Below are positions 45,890 to 57,373 of a DNA stretch of 64,000 bases, piece by piece; positions within the stretch are counted from its first letter, which is position 1; each line of letters opens with the position of its first letter. The notes below the pieces were generated by a model that made no database searches, was not told the DNA's origin, and was given only the letters and a program-made list of their open reading frames with translations. The stretch is from assembly GCA_045656545.1 (NCBI GenBank), contig JAZORF010000002.1:11072-75071 (forward strand), in the 5' to 3' direction. The translations under genes were made by a program, and so were the position numbers. Origin of the DNA: Acutalibacteraceae bacterium. GTDB taxonomy: Bacteria > Bacillota > Clostridia > Oscillospirales > Acutalibacteraceae.

Positions 45890-46429
45890 TTAATAATTTT
45901 CAGCTTTAATGCGGAAGTAACTTTGAGGATGAACACAAAGAGGACAAACCTCAGGAGCCTTTTTACCGATTACGATGTGACCGCAGTTGTAGCACTGCCA
46001 GATAACGTCCTCATCGCGAGAGAAGACCAAACCGCCCTCCACATTTTCGATAAGTTTTCTGTAGCGTTCCTCGTGAGTCTTTTCAACGGCTGCAACACGC
46101 TCAAACAAAGCGGCAATTTCATCAAATCCCTCTTTGCGAGCTTCCTCGGCAAAGCCTGCGTACATGTCGGTCCATTCAAATTGTTCGCCAGCAGCGGCAT
46201 CCTGCAAGTTTACCAAGGTGTCGGGCATACCGTCGTGAAGCAACTTAAACCAAATTTTAGCATGCTCTTTTTCTTGAGCGGCAGTCTCGGCAAACAAATC
46301 ACCGATTTGAACATAACCGTCCTTTTTTGCTTTTGAAGCATAGTAGTTGTACTTGGTGTAGGCTTGTGACTCGCCTGCAAAAGCGGCCATCAAATTAGCC
46401 TCTGTTCTTGAACCTTTTAACTGGGGCAT
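45890..46429 (-). CDS. rbr: Rubrerythrin
   Basis: 179 aa. Ferritin-like '[18 protein letters not shown]' and C-terminal rubredoxin 'CYNCGH..CPLCVHP'. Confidence 0.92.
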   Translation of the reverse strand: MPQLKGSRTEANLMAAFAGESQAYTKYNYYASKAKKDGYVQIGDLFAETAAQEKEHAKIWFKLLHDGMPDTLVNLQDAAAGEQFEWTDMYAGFAEEARKEGFDEIAALFERVAAVEKTHEERYRKLIENVEGGLVFSRDEDVIWQCYNCGHIVIGKKAPEVCPLCVHPQSYFRIKAENY

Positions 46430-46479
46430 AGTAAAATCCTCCTTAAATTTTATGGTTATTATTTACGGCAAAAGAAAAA

Positions 46480-47646
46480 TTATTCCTCACATACCGAAAC
46501 AATCACGTCGATAGCTTCTTCAAGTATATTCTGCGGAATGTTAAGGGCAGGCAGGAGTCTCACCTTATCCTTTGCAGTAAGGCAAAGCACACCCTTTTCC
46601 ATGCATTTTTTAACAACGTCACCTGCAGGCTTGACCGTTTTAATGCCAATCATAAGACCCATACCGCTAACCGACTCAACACCTTTTGCAGAGTTAAGGC
46701 GGTCAAATATGTATTTGCTCTTTTGATTGACTTCGCTCAGCAACTTGTCATCAATGCGGCTTATAATACTTACGGCACCTGCACAGCAAACGGGATTTCC
46801 GCCAAAAGTAGAACCGTGGTCGCCAAAACCGTAAACATTTTGCACCTTTTCACCAAGCATAACGGCACCGATAGGCAATCCGCCACCAAGACCTTTTGCA
46901 GTGGTCACAATATCGGGAGTGATGCCGTAGTTCATATAGGCATACATTTTGCCGGTACGTCCGTTACCCGTCTGCACCTCGTCAACGATGAGCAAAATAT
47001 CCTCTTTGCTGCAGATATCTGCAACTGTCTTAACAAAATCCTCGTCAAGAGCAAGCACGCCGCCCTCACCCTGAATGCACTCAATCATAATTGCGGCAAC
47101 TTTGTTTGCCTTAACAGTGCTTTCAAGGGCTGCAATATCATTGGCAGGGGTATGCACAAAACCGTCGGTCAATGGCTTAAACAACTGATGATAATGCTCC
47201 TGACCTGTGGCGGCAAGGGTAGTAACCGTTCTGCCGTGAAAACTGTTAACAAGGGTAACAATTGTGTAGTAATCCTCACCCTTTTTCTCGGCGGCATATT
47301 TGCGAGCGGCTTTAATAGCGCCCTCGTTAGCCTCTGCACCCGAGTTGGCAAAGAATATTTTTTTCATACCCGATTTTTCGCACAGCATCTTTGCCAAATC
47401 TACACAAGGCTTGGTGTAATAAAGGTTAGATGTGTGCTGCACAAGACCTAACTGAGCGGTAACGGCTGCCTGCCACTCTTTATCGGCAATTCCAAAAGCG
47501 GTAACGCCGATGCCTGTGCCCATATCAATATCACGCTTGCCATCGGGGGAATACACAACCGAACCTTCGCCCTTTTCAATCTCAACAGGGAAGCGGTTGT
47601 AAGTGCCTGCAATATATAATTTATCGTCATTTATAACTTGACTCAT
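46480..47646 (-). CDS. argD: Acetylornithine aminotransferase
   Basis: 388 aa. Class III aminotransferase motif 'DEVQTGNGRTGK'. Last gene of the argCJBD order. Confidence 0.92.
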   Translation of the reverse strand: MSQVINDDKLYIAGTYNRFPVEIEKGEGSVVYSPDGKRDIDMGTGIGVTAFGIADKEWQAAVTAQLGLVQHTSNLYYTKPCVDLAKMLCEKSGMKKIFFANSGAEANEGAIKAARKYAAEKKGEDYYTIVTLVNSFHGRTVTTLAATGQEHYHQLFKPLTDGFVHTPANDIAALESTVKANKVAAIMIECIQGEGGVLALDEDFVKTVADICSKEDILLIVDEVQTGNGRTGKMYAYMNYGITPDIVTTAKGLGGGLPIGAVMLGEKVQNVYGFGDHGSTFGGNPVCCAGAVSIISRIDDKLLSEVNQKSKYIFDRLNSAKGVESVSGMGLMIGIKTVKPAGDVVKKCMEKGVLCLTAKDKVRLLPALNIPQNILEEAIDVIVSVCEE

Positions 47647-48518
47647 TTTCTATCACCCATAACCATAGTGCCTGCACCCTCATCGGTAAGAATTTCCATA
47701 AGAATGGAGTGGGGCACACGGCCATCCATAATAACAACATTTTTAACACCCTCGTGAATTGCCTCGATACAACAATCCACCTTAGGGATCATACCGCCGG
47801 AAATGACACCCTCTTCCTTCAACTTTTCAGCTTCAGACAGAGTAATGTCCGCAATAAGCGTAGAGGGGTCATCTTTATCACGAAGCACGCCTGCAATATC
47901 GGTCATCATAATAAGGCGCTCGGCATTGATGGCACCTGCAATGTATGCGGCGGCAGTGTCACCGTTAATGTTGTAGGCGTTGCCCTCTTTATCGCAACCA
48001 ACGGTAGAGATAACGGGAATGTAACCCTTTTCAAGCAGGTCAATAACGGGGGTAGCGTGGATTTTTTTGATTTCACCAACATAGCCTAGACGCTCGTCTT
48101 TCATTGTGGCTTCAATCAGTCTGCCGTCCATACCTGAAATACCCATAGCCTTGCCGCCTTTCATTTCAAGCAGGTTAACAAGGGTTTTGTTAACCTTGCC
48201 GGCAAGCACCATTTGCACAATATCAACCGTCTCTTTATCGGTTACGCGAAGTCCATCAACGAAAACGGGCTCCTTACCCAATTTGCTCATAATATCACTG
48301 ATTTCGGGGCCGCCTCCGTGAACAAGCACAACCTTAACGCCGATAAGCCACAAAAGAACAATATCTTCCATAACCTGTTGCTTAAGTTGCTCGTTAATCA
48401 TAGCGTTGCCACCGTATTTTACAACGACGATTTTGCCGTTGTAACGCTTGATATAGGGAAGGGCTTGAGTAAGCACCTCGGCTCTTTGCATATTAGAAAA
48501 CTCTTTAGTCATATCCAT
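47643..48518 (-). CDS. argB: Acetylglutamate kinase
   Basis: 291 aa. 'VVKYGGNAM' and 'VLVHGGGPEI' motifs. Confidence 0.94.
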   Translation of the reverse strand: MDMTKEFSNMQRAEVLTQALPYIKRYNGKIVVVKYGGNAMINEQLKQQVMEDIVLLWLIGVKVVLVHGGGPEISDIMSKLGKEPVFVDGLRVTDKETVDIVQMVLAGKVNKTLVNLLEMKGGKAMGISGMDGRLIEATMKDERLGYVGEIKKIHATPVIDLLEKGYIPVISTVGCDKEGNAYNINGDTAAAYIAGAINAERLIMMTDIAGVLRDKDDPSTLIADITLSEAEKLKEEGVISGGMIPKVDCCIEAIHEGVKNVVIMDGRVPHSILMEILTDEGAGTMVMGDRK

Positions 48519-48527
48519 TCCTCATTT

Positions 48528-49745
48528 TTAGGTGCGGTAGTCACCGTTGATTTTTACATAATCGTATGTAAGGTCGCAACCCCAGGCACAACTTTCATAT
48601 TTGCCGTCACCCAAGGTAACAAGAATTTCAATTTCATTTTCAAGCAATATTTCTTTGGCAATTTCTTCAGAAAATTCAACCCCTGCACCGTCACGGCAAA
48701 CCTCAACAGTGCCTTTGGCAGAGCGGAAGAAAACGCCAACCTTGTTAATATCTACCTTTGCACCGCTGTAACCGATAGCGCACAGTACACGGCCCCAGTT
48801 GGCATCGGCACCAAACATAGCGGCTTTAAGCAGACTTGAACAGATAACGCTCTTTGCAACAGTCTTTGCGGCTTCAAGAGTATCGGCGCCGCTGACCTTG
48901 CACTCAAGCAGTTTTGTAGCACCTTCGCCATCACCTGCAATCATACGGCAGAGTGACACGGTAACAGTGTTAAGTGCCTTCATAAACTCATTAAAATCGT
49001 CACCCTCGGCGGTGATTTCAACATTTTCTGCCATTCCGTTAGCAAGCACAACCACCATATCGTTTGTAGAAGTGTCGCCGTCAACACTAACCATATTAAA
49101 GGTGTCTTTAATATCACCCGACAAAGCCTTTTGCAGCATAGCGGGGGAGATAGACACATCGGTAGTCAAAAACACAAGCATAGTTGCCATGTTTGGATGA
49201 ATCATGCCGCTACCCTTGGCAATACCGCCAAGACGACAGGCTTTGCCGCCAACGGTAAATTCAACTGCAACCTCTTTTGCCACAGTATCGGTGGTAAGGA
49301 TTGCCTGAGCGGCAAACTCTGCACCCTCAACCGACAAACCGCTTGCCAATTCGGGCAGACCGTTTGCAATAGGAGTGATGTCAAGAGGTTGACCGATAAC
49401 GCCGGTTGATGCAACCACAACATCCTCGGCGGAAATATTTATCTGCTTTGCAACAAGCACACTCATCTGCTCGGCAATTTCTATACCGTTAGCGTTGCAA
49501 GTGTTGGCGTTACCACTGTTGCAGATGATTGCTTGAGCGGTACCGTCTGCAATATGATTTTTGGTAACAGAAAGGGGAGCGCCCTTAACCAGATTTGTAG
49601 TATAAACTGCGGCAGCGTTAGCCTTTTTTTCGCTGACAATTAAAGCCAAATCGCGCTTTGTTTGGTTTTTACGGATACCGCAATGAATTCCGTTGGCAAC
49701 AAAGCCTTTTGCGGCACAAATACCGCCATCTATCATTTTAATCAT
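48528..49745 (-). CDS. argJ: Bifunctional ornithine acetyltransferase / N-acetylglutamate synthase
   Basis: 405 aa. Autoprocessing site 'PNMATMLVFLTTD'. Confidence 0.94.
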   Translation of the reverse strand: MIKMIDGGICAAKGFVANGIHCGIRKNQTKRDLALIVSEKKANAAAVYTTNLVKGAPLSVTKNHIADGTAQAIICNSGNANTCNANGIEIAEQMSVLVAKQINISAEDVVVASTGVIGQPLDITPIANGLPELASGLSVEGAEFAAQAILTTDTVAKEVAVEFTVGGKACRLGGIAKGSGMIHPNMATMLVFLTTDVSISPAMLQKALSGDIKDTFNMVSVDGDTSTNDMVVVLANGMAENVEITAEGDDFNEFMKALNTVTVSLCRMIAGDGEGATKLLECKVSGADTLEAAKTVAKSVICSSLLKAAMFGADANWGRVLCAIGYSGAKVDINKVGVFFRSAKGTVEVCRDGAGVEFSEEIAKEILLENEIEILVTLGDGKYESCAWGCDLTYDYVKINGDYRT

Positions 49746-49757
49746 ACTATATCCTCC

Positions 49758-50678
49758 TTAAAGGTCTAACCCTGCAGTTTCGTCTGCGCCAAGTACGATG
49801 TTCATATTCTGAATGGCAGAGCCTGAAGCACCCTTGCCAAGATTATCAAATCTGCTAATAAGCAAAATGCGGTCATCATTTCCGCAAACTGTAATTTGCA
49901 TACCGTCGTTGCCACTCATTGCGGCGGCAGACATAAATCCACCCTCGTCGGCACTGTCAACAAACTTAACAATATCACCTGTATAAACCGATTTGTAAAC
50001 TGCCTTAATATCATCAATCGTGCCGTTAATCATACTTTTGAAGATAGGCACTGTAACCTCCATACCACTGTAAAAATCGGCAACGATGGGACAAAAGGCA
50101 GGCAGATTATTAAGGGAGCAAAGCACGCCAATTTCTTTAAGATGCTTGTGCTGTTGAGTCAGCCCGTACTGGCGGGGACCGTCAAGCAACTTATCCCTGT
50201 CAGGTGAATTGTAGTCGGCAATCATACCCTTACCGCCACCTGAATATCCTGTAAGAGAAAAGCAGGTGAGCAGAGCATCCTTGCTGATTATACCCTTGTC
50301 AACCAAAGGCTTAACAAGTGCTACAAAACCGCTTGCATGGCAACCTGGGTTGGCAATACGCTTTGAAGACGCCACCTTGTCTTTGCCGCAAAGTTCGGGG
50401 AAACCGTAGGTCCATCCCTCTGCGGTGCGGTGAGCGGTGGAAGTGTCAATGATAACAGTGTTGGGATTATCTACCATACTAACCGCCTGAATTGCGGCGG
50501 CATCAGGCAAACACAAAAAGGCAATATCGGCACTGTTTAAGGCTTGGCGTCGGGCATTATCGTCTTTTCTTAAATCTTCGGGCAAGCGGATAAGTTCAAT
50601 ATCTTTTCTGCCTTCAAGTCGCTCGACAATGCGCAGTCCCGTAGTACCTGCGCTGCCGTCAATAAACACCTTTGCCAT
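49758..50678 (-). CDS. argC: N-acetyl-gamma-glutamyl-phosphate reductase
   Basis: ORF trimmed to ATG 50678 after GTGAGG. Active-site 'NPGCHASGF'. Confidence 0.92.
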   Translation of the reverse strand: MAKVFIDGSAGTTGLRIVERLEGRKDIELIRLPEDLRKDDNARRQALNSADIAFLCLPDAAAIQAVSMVDNPNTVIIDTSTAHRTAEGWTYGFPELCGKDKVASSKRIANPGCHASGFVALVKPLVDKGIISKDALLTCFSLTGYSGGGKGMIADYNSPDRDKLLDGPRQYGLTQQHKHLKEIGVLCSLNNLPAFCPIVADFYSGMEVTVPIFKSMINGTIDDIKAVYKSVYTGDIVKFVDSADEGGFMSAAAMSGNDGMQITVCGNDDRILLISRFDNLGKGASGSAIQNMNIVLGADETAGLDL

Positions 50679-50731
50679 AGTCAAAACCTCACTTTAAAAA
50701 ATAAATTGCCAATTTAATCTATGATTGAATA

Positions 50732-50760
50732 ATTATATGATAAATAGCGCTTTTTGTCAA
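50732..50760 (-). promoter_or_regulatory. Consensus sigma-A promoter of argCJBD, overlapped by an ARG-box-like site
   Basis: Minus strand reads TTGACA, 17-nt spacer, TATAAT. ATTGAATAA (50724-50732) abuts the -10 box. Confidence 0.65.
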
Positions 50761-50861
50761 CTAATATTTGCATAAATATTGAATAACTTACATTATATGC
50801 AACGAATATACGCATAATAATGCATATAATTGTAACATTTAACAAAATATATACAATTTTT

Positions 50862-50905
50862 TTGACAAAAAACAAACGGCTCTTCGGAATTGCCCGAAAA
50901 GCCGT
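50862..50905 (-). terminator. Intrinsic terminator of the his operon
   Basis: Stem ACGGCTCTTCGG / CCGAAAAGCCGT followed by a U-run on the minus strand. Confidence 0.75.
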
Positions 50906-50910
50906 AAATT

Positions 50911-51696
50911 TTATACTGTTAAATCAACAAATTCGGCACCCAAATCGGTTGCCCATTTATACCATTTTTCAAACTCAAAACAGATATTATCGGCAGAATG
51001 ACTGTCACTGTTTAAAACAAACTTGCCACCCTTGTTCGCAATATAAGTTATCATATCTTTACTTGGGTATGGAGTGTTTCTGTAACCTCTTGAGATAGCA
51101 CCGGTGTTGATTTCAAAAGGTTTGCCGTATGGCAAAAGTCTGTCTACCGCCTTTTGCCAAGCATCAACATAACGGGGATGATTACTGTCAAATATGCAGT
51201 CATCTTCGTTGAATTTTGACACCAGGTCAAAGTGACCGATAATATCAGCGCTCGTAGCCTCAACCACCTTTGAAACCAAGTCAAAATACCCCTCGCAAAA
51301 AGAGAATATGTCACCGTCAAAATATTCATTAACGACCTTTTCAAGATAATCTCTGCTTCGGTCAACATCAAAATAGATACCGTCTTTTTTAACATAATGA
51401 ACTGAGCCGATAACATAGTCAAAATCTGTAATAGGATTGCCACCAAAATAATCCTGCTCAACACCGCACAAAACCTTAATTTTATCCTTGTGCTTCTCTT
51501 TTAGTGCAGTGATTTCTTCGTAATACAACTTAGAATTTTCAAGGCTCATACAAAAACTGCCGTCAAAATCGGTGTAACCGTGACCTGAAAAACCTATGGC
51601 GGTAAGCCCCATATTTATCGCCGACTGCACTATTTCTTCCGGGGAGTTTTTGCCGTCGCAATAATGGGTGTGGATGTGATAATCCCACTTAATCAT
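50911..51696 (-). CDS. hisJ: Histidinol-phosphatase, PHP (HisJ/HisK) family
   Basis: 261 aa. PHP motif '[11 protein letters not shown]'. Last gene of the his operon. Confidence 0.88.
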   Translation of the reverse strand: MIKWDYHIHTHYCDGKNSPEEIVQSAINMGLTAIGFSGHGYTDFDGSFCMSLENSKLYYEEITALKEKHKDKIKVLCGVEQDYFGGNPITDFDYVIGSVHYVKKDGIYFDVDRSRDYLEKVVNEYFDGDIFSFCEGYFDLVSKVVEATSADIIGHFDLVSKFNEDDCIFDSNHPRYVDAWQKAVDRLLPYGKPFEINTGAISRGYRNTPYPSKDMITYIANKGGKFVLNSDSHSADNICFEFEKWYKWATDLGAEFVDLTV

Positions 51697-52343
51697 TTTG
51701 TCATTTTCTCCTGCTTTACCTTGTGGTCGATAACGTGACGGGATTTCAGTTCGTTGTGAATATCCTCAAGAGAAATACCGGCCTCAATCATAAGCACCAT
51801 AATGTGATAGGTAAGGTCAGCAATTTCATAGATAGTCTCTGCCTTGTCCTCTGCCTTGCCTGCAATGATAACCTCGGTGCATTCCTCGCCGACTTTTTTA
51901 AGAATTTTATCAAGTCCCTTTTCAAACAAATAGGTAGTGTATGAACCCTCTTTTTTGTCGGTTTTTCTGCCTTCAATAAGGCTCATAAGTGACTGCAAAG
52001 AGAACTCTTTAAGTTCTTCGCTCTCCCACAATCTGTTTTCAAAGCAAGACTTTGTGCCAAGGTGGCAGGCAGGGCCGTCAGGCTCAACAACTACTACCAA
52101 AGCGTCCTTGTCGCAGTCGGCGGTAATTGAAACAATATGCTGATAATTGCCGCTTGTTTCACCCTTAAGCCACAATTCCTGACGGGAGCGGCTGTAAAAA
52201 CAGGTAAGTCCCTTTTCAAGTGAGATTTTAAGGCTTTCCTCATTCATATAAGCAAGGGTAAGCACCTGCTTTGTTACAGAGTCAACCACGATTGCAGGGA
52301 TAAGACCCTTTTCGTCAAATTTAAGTGTAGAAATATCTAACAT
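51693..52343 (-). CDS. hisIE: Bifunctional phosphoribosyl-AMP cyclohydrolase / phosphoribosyl-ATP pyrophosphatase
   Basis: 216 aa with HisI N-terminal and HisE C-terminal halves. Confidence 0.92.
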   Translation of the reverse strand: MLDISTLKFDEKGLIPAIVVDSVTKQVLTLAYMNEESLKISLEKGLTCFYSRSRQELWLKGETSGNYQHIVSITADCDKDALVVVVEPDGPACHLGTKSCFENRLWESEELKEFSLQSLMSLIEGRKTDKKEGSYTTYLFEKGLDKILKKVGEECTEVIIAGKAEDKAETIYEIADLTYHIMVLMIEAGISLEDIHNELKSRHVIDHKVKQEKMTK

Positions 52344-52357
52344 ACCAAAAATCCTTT

Positions 52358-53116
52358 CTATACGCGAGCAGGGATGCCCTGCTTTTTCATTTCTTGTTTA
52401 AGGTCGCTTATTTTAACCTCGCCAAAATGGAATATTGATGCCGCCAAGCCTGCATCAACCTTTGGCAAAGCCTTAAATAACTGAATAAAATGGTCGATGT
52501 TTCCTGCACCACCTGATGCAATAACGGGCACGTTAACCACGTTGCACACCGCCTCAAGCATTTCAAGGTCAAATCCGCCTTTAACGCCATCGGTATCAAT
52601 GGAGTTGACTACAATTTCACCTGCGCCCGAGTCAACGCAACGCTTAATCCAACCTATTGCTTCCATGCCTGTGTTTTCTCTGCCGCCTTTGGCAAAAACA
52701 CAGAATTTGCCGTCAACGCGCTTAACATCAACCGAAAGCACAACACACTGGTCGCCGTAAAGTTTTGCGGCATCGTAAATAAGATTGGGGTTGCGGATAG
52801 CACCCGAATTAACGCTAACCTTGTCGGCACCGCATTTAAGCACCCTATCAAAATCGGCAACCGTGTTGATGCCGCCGCCAACAGTCAGAGGAATAAATAC
52901 GCTTTTTGCCGTTTCACACAAAATATCGGTAAACAGTTTTCTGCCGTCGGATGATGCGGTAATATCGTAAAAGACCAACTCGTCGGCACCGCAGTCGCTA
53001 TAAAATTTGGCAAGTTCAACAGGGGAGGAAACATCCTTTAATCCCTCAAAGTTAATGCCTTTAACTACTCTGCCGTCACGCACGTCAAGGCAGGGGATAA
53101 TACGCTTTGTTATCAT
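52358..53116 (-). CDS. hisF: Imidazole glycerol phosphate synthase, cyclase subunit
   Basis: 252 aa. 'RIIPCLDV' start and (beta/alpha)8 motifs. Confidence 0.95.
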   Translation of the reverse strand: MITKRIIPCLDVRDGRVVKGINFEGLKDVSSPVELAKFYSDCGADELVFYDITASSDGRKLFTDILCETAKSVFIPLTVGGGINTVADFDRVLKCGADKVSVNSGAIRNPNLIYDAAKLYGDQCVVLSVDVKRVDGKFCVFAKGGRENTGMEAIGWIKRCVDSGAGEIVVNSIDTDGVKGGFDLEMLEAVCNVVNVPVIASGGAGNIDHFIQLFKALPKVDAGLAASIFHFGEVKISDLKQEMKKQGIPARV

Positions 53117-53826
53117 TTCGCCACCTCGATTGCTTCTTTAAGGTCAATGGCGCCTGTGTAATATGCCTTGCCGATTATGGCACCGTACATATCAAGTTGA
53201 CGCAAACGGGAAACATCCTCTATGGATGAAACACCGCCCGATGCAATAATCTGCATATTAAACTTTTGTGACAACTCTTTATAAAGGGGAACGTTGGTGC
53301 CTTTCATAGCGCCGTCAAGTGAAATATCGGTGATTATAAGGGTGTCAACACCAAGGGCTTGCAGACTTTCGCAAAAATCAAAGGCATCAAGTTTTGATTT
53401 TTCAGTCCAACCCTTAATAGCAACCTTGCCCTCTTTAATATCAACGCCAACGGCAATTTTTGAGCCGTGTTTTTTAACGGCTTCTTGCAGGAAATCGGGG
53501 TTGGTTACTGCGGCAGTGCCAAGAATAACCCTGTCAACCCCTGCACCGATGTAGCGGTCAACAACCTCCATACTGCGAATACCACCGCCAACCTCACAAA
53601 AAAGCCCTGCGGCAGATTTAATCTTGCAAATGGTATCAAGATTGGGAGTAGTGCCTGATTTTGCACCCTCTAAATCCACCAAATGAATGTGGGTTGCACC
53701 GGCATTTTTAAAGTCTAAAGCCACATCTACGGGGTTTTCGCTGTAAACGGTCATTTGGGCATAATCGCCCTTAAAAAGTCTGACCGCTTTACCTTCATAT
53801 AAATCAATAGCGGGATAAATTATCAT
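53113..53826 (-). CDS. hisA: ProFAR isomerase
   Basis: 237 aa. 'IIYPAIDL' start. Confidence 0.94.
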   Translation of the reverse strand: MIIYPAIDLYEGKAVRLFKGDYAQMTVYSENPVDVALDFKNAGATHIHLVDLEGAKSGTTPNLDTICKIKSAAGLFCEVGGGIRSMEVVDRYIGAGVDRVILGTAAVTNPDFLQEAVKKHGSKIAVGVDIKEGKVAIKGWTEKSKLDAFDFCESLQALGVDTLIITDISLDGAMKGTNVPLYKELSQKFNMQIIASGGVSSIEDVSRLRQLDMYGAIIGKAYYTGAIDLKEAIEVAK

Positions 53827-53835
53827 AAAAATACC

Positions 53836-54444
53836 TCAAATTTCGCAAAATGCGCGCAAAATATTTAGACCTACATTGCCGCTTTTTTCGGGATGAAATT
53901 GACAACCGTAAACGTTGCCTTGCCTGGCGGCAGCAGTAAGATTTGCGCCATATTCCGCAGTGGCAATCACCGATTCGTCGCAGTCGGCGGCATAGAAAGA
54001 ATGAACAAAATAGACACAGTCACCCTTGTTTAAATATTTGAAAAGAGGACAGTCCTCTTTAAAGGTTAATTCATTCCAACCAATGTGTGGAATTTTAAGA
54101 TTATTGGGAATAACATCTGCAATAGGCTTAACATTGCCCGAAATAAGACCAAGTCCGTCGTGCTCGCCGTATTCGTAGCCCTTGTCAAAAAGCAGTTGCA
54201 TACCAAGACAAATGCCCATAAGAGGCTTGCCTTCGGCTGCTAACTCTATCAAAACTTTGTCAAGCCCTGTCTTGCGAAGCTTCTCTGCCGCATCACCGAA
54301 AGCCCCAACGCCGGGAAGAATTATTCTATCTGCGGTTTTAAGTACATCGGCATCGTCGGTAACTACAATTTCGGCACCGATAGCGGCAAAACTGCTTTTT
54401 AAGGAGAACAGATTACCTACTCCGTAATCAACAATGGCAACCAT
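53836..54444 (-). CDS. hisH: Imidazole glycerol phosphate synthase, glutaminase subunit
   Basis: 202 aa. Nucleophile motif 'GICLGMQLL' and 'QFHPEKS'. Confidence 0.95.
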   Translation of the reverse strand: MVAIVDYGVGNLFSLKSSFAAIGAEIVVTDDADVLKTADRIILPGVGAFGDAAEKLRKTGLDKVLIELAAEGKPLMGICLGMQLLFDKGYEYGEHDGLGLISGNVKPIADVIPNNLKIPHIGWNELTFKEDCPLFKYLNKGDCVYFVHSFYAADCDESVIATAEYGANLTAAARQGNVYGCQFHPEKSGNVGLNILRAFCEI

Positions 54445-55031
54445 TAAAGAACTCCCTTCGTAGAGGGGATTTCGTCTGCGAAATCGCGGTCAATTTCAAC
54501 TGCGGCTTTAAGTGAGCGCGCAACCGATTTGAATGCCCCCTCAATAATGTGGTGAGAATTGGTGCCGTCAAACTGTTTAATGTGCAAGGTACACTCTGCA
54601 TTTCTCACAAAGCCAAGCCAAAACTCCTCAACAAGTTCGGTATCAAAACTGCCAACCTTTTCAGTGGGAATGGTAAGGCCGTAGTTTAGCAATCCTCTGC
54701 CCGAAAGGTCAACAGCAGACATAATAAGTGCCTCGTCCATAGGCAAAATCATATTACCGTAGCGGTTTACACCCTTTTTATCACCAAGAGCCTCTTTAAA
54801 AGCCTTGCCTAAACTGATGCCGATGTCCTCAACAGTGTGGTGGTCATCAACATAGGTGTCACCCTTGCAGGTAAGTGTAATATCAAATCTGCCGTGCTTG
54901 GCAAAAAGGGTAAGCATATGGTCTAAAAATCCGCAGCCGCTGTCAATCTGAGCAGTGCCTGCTCCGTCAAGGTCAATAACAAGATTGATTTGGGTTTCTG
55001 CAGTTTCTCTTAAAATAGTAGCAGTTCTCAT
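54444..55031 (-). CDS. hisB: Imidazoleglycerol-phosphate dehydratase
   Basis: 195 aa. 'DDHHTVEDIGI' and 'NSHHIIEGAFK' motifs. Confidence 0.95.
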   Translation of the reverse strand: MRTATILRETAETQINLVIDLDGAGTAQIDSGCGFLDHMLTLFAKHGRFDITLTCKGDTYVDDHHTVEDIGISLGKAFKEALGDKKGVNRYGNMILPMDEALIMSAVDLSGRGLLNYGLTIPTEKVGSFDTELVEEFWLGFVRNAECTLHIKQFDGTNSHHIIEGAFKSVARSLKAAVEIDRDFADEIPSTKGVL

Positions 55032-56092
55032 TTTTTATCCTCCAAAATAGTTTTTGTTTTTTGGATAAGGGCATCCATCTGTTGACGGGTGCCGATGGTA
55101 ATACGGTTGTACTGACAAAGTTTGTGGGTGTCAAAGTGGCGCACAAGCACCCCTGACTCTTTTAGCCTTTTGTAAAGTTCACCGCCGTCAATATCGGGGT
55201 GTTTGCAAAACAAAAAGTTTGTGGCAGACTCGGTCATTTCAAAGCCTAATTTTTTAAGTTCATTTGCAGTATACTGACGGGTTTCAATAATCTCGTTGCA
55301 GTTTTTAATTGTATACTCCTCATCCTTTATGCAACCAAGACCTGCCGCCATAGTCATACTGTTAATGTTATAGGGGTTGGTGGAATATTTAACGGTTTTG
55401 AGGTCGTTTATAAGTGCCTCGCAACCTATACCAAAGCCAAGCCGTGCACCCGCCATAGAGCGTGATTTTGAAAAGGTCTGTGTAACAAGCAGATTATCAT
55501 ATTTGTCCACAAGAGTCAATGCACTCTGGGTACCGAAATCCACGTAAGCCTCGTCAATAACCACCACATTGTTGGGGTTGCTTTTTACAATCTCCTCAAT
55601 GTCATCAAGACTAAGTGCCAATCCTGTGGGGGCATTAGGGTTTGCGATAAAGATAGTCTTGCCTGCGTTAAGATAATCTGCCTTGTTCAAGGTGAAGTCC
55701 TCATTAAGAGGTACCTCAACATAGGGTAGGCAGTTAATTTGCGCAAACACCTTGTAAAAGCCATATGTAATATCGGCAAACATAGCGGGGGTGTTGCTAT
55801 CGCAAAAAGCCATAAATGCAAAGTTCAGAATTTCGTCTGAGCCATTTGTCAGCAAAATTTGATTGGGCTTTATATTATAAAGGCTCGCCAACTCATTTAC
55901 AAGAGCGGTACATTCGGGGTCGGGATAAAGTTGCAACCTTTTTGCCGCCTCAATTGCCAAATCCTGTGCTTTTTGAGATGGGGGATAGGGGGATTCGTTG
56001 GTGTTAAGTTTTATGTACTGCATATCCCTTGGTTGTTCACCTGGGGTGTATGGCACAAGGGATGCATACTTTTTACTAAAAAACTTACTCAT
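55028..56092 (-). CDS. hisC: Histidinol-phosphate aminotransferase
   Basis: 354 aa. 'TFSKSRSMAGARLGF' PLP-lysine motif. Confidence 0.93.
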   Translation of the reverse strand: MSKFFSKKYASLVPYTPGEQPRDMQYIKLNTNESPYPPSQKAQDLAIEAAKRLQLYPDPECTALVNELASLYNIKPNQILLTNGSDEILNFAFMAFCDSNTPAMFADITYGFYKVFAQINCLPYVEVPLNEDFTLNKADYLNAGKTIFIANPNAPTGLALSLDDIEEIVKSNPNNVVVIDEAYVDFGTQSALTLVDKYDNLLVTQTFSKSRSMAGARLGFGIGCEALINDLKTVKYSTNPYNINSMTMAAGLGCIKDEEYTIKNCNEIIETRQYTANELKKLGFEMTESATNFLFCKHPDIDGGELYKRLKESGVLVRHFDTHKLCQYNRITIGTRQQMDALIQKTKTILEDKK

Positions 56093-56095
56093 TTA

Positions 56096-57373
56096 TTATT
56101 CATCCTCGGTTCTTATAACCGCGCTTTTTGCGTGAGCGGTAAGTCCCTCTTTTGTGGCAAAGTAAGCCACATCATCGGCAACCTTCTTAAGCGCATCGGC
56201 GGTATAATAGGTGTACTGAGTCTTTTTAACAAAATCGTCAACCGACAGGGGACTTGAGAATTTAGCAGTGCCACCTGTGGGTAGAGTGTGGTTGGGTCCT
56301 GCAAAGTAGTCACCCAAAGCCTCAGGGCAATTTTTACCCATAAAGATGGAGCCTGCGTGACGGATACTGTCAAGATAATCAAAGGGATTATCAACACAAA
56401 GTTCAAGATGCTCGGGTGCAATCTCGTTGGCAATGTCGATAACAACCTTAAGATTGTCGGCAACGATGATTTTGCCGTTGCGGTCAATAGACTCTCTTGC
56501 AATCTCACTGCGAAGAAGCTGAGGAATTTGCACCTCTAATTCTGCCTGAACGGCAGTTGCCAAATCTAACGAGTCGGTCACAAGAACGGCGCTTGCCATT
56601 TTGTCGTGCTCTGCCTGACTAAGCAGGTCGGCGGCGATATGACGGGGATTGCAGGTGCCGTCAGCAACAATCAGAATTTCACTGGGGCCTGCAATCATAT
56701 CAATTGAAACAACGCCGAAAACTTGCTTTTTAGCCTCGGCAACAAAGGCGTTACCTGGTCCTACAATCTTGTCAACTTTGGGCACGCTTTCGGTACCGTA
56801 GGCAAGAGCGGCAACGGCTTGTGCACCGCCGATTTTAAAGATTTTATCAACGCCTGCAACACTTGCGGCCGCAAGAATAACGGGGTTAACTTTGCCGTCA
56901 CTTGAGGGGGGAGTAACCATAACCACCTCTTTGCAACCTGCAATTTTGGCAGGAATGGCATCCATCAGCACAGTTGAGGGATAGGCGGCAGTGCCACCGG
57001 GCACATACAGTCCTGCACGGTCAACGGGGATAACCTTCTGACCGATAACAACACCCTCACTGTCGTTTATAATAAAACTGTTTCTTACTTGCTTTTGATG
57101 GAAATTGCGGATGTTTTCTGCCGCTTTTTCCAAAATCTCAATAAATTTGTCGTCAACCTGTGCGCGAGCCTGAGCAATTTCCTCTGCTGTTACCTGCAAA
57201 GAGGTGAGCTTTGCCTTGTCAAACTTTTCGCAGTATTCATAAAGAGCCTTGTCACCCGACTTGCGAACATTTGCAATAATATCGGTAACAATATCCTCAA
57301 CATTCACCTGAGGAACTGCGCGGGCAAATATATCAGCATTTGAAACTTCGCCGTATTTTAAAATCTTAATCAT
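56096..57373 (-). CDS. hisD: Histidinol dehydrogenase
   Basis: 425 aa. '[11 protein letters not shown]' and 'QAEHD' motifs. Confidence 0.95.
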   Translation of the reverse strand: MIKILKYGEVSNADIFARAVPQVNVEDIVTDIIANVRKSGDKALYEYCEKFDKAKLTSLQVTAEEIAQARAQVDDKFIEILEKAAENIRNFHQKQVRNSFIINDSEGVVIGQKVIPVDRAGLYVPGGTAAYPSTVLMDAIPAKIAGCKEVVMVTPPSSDGKVNPVILAAASVAGVDKIFKIGGAQAVAALAYGTESVPKVDKIVGPGNAFVAEAKKQVFGVVSIDMIAGPSEILIVADGTCNPRHIAADLLSQAEHDKMASAVLVTDSLDLATAVQAELEVQIPQLLRSEIARESIDRNGKIIVADNLKVVIDIANEIAPEHLELCVDNPFDYLDSIRHAGSIFMGKNCPEALGDYFAGPNHTLPTGGTAKFSSPLSVDDFVKKTQYTYYTADALKKVADDVAYFATKEGLTAHAKSAVIRTEDE

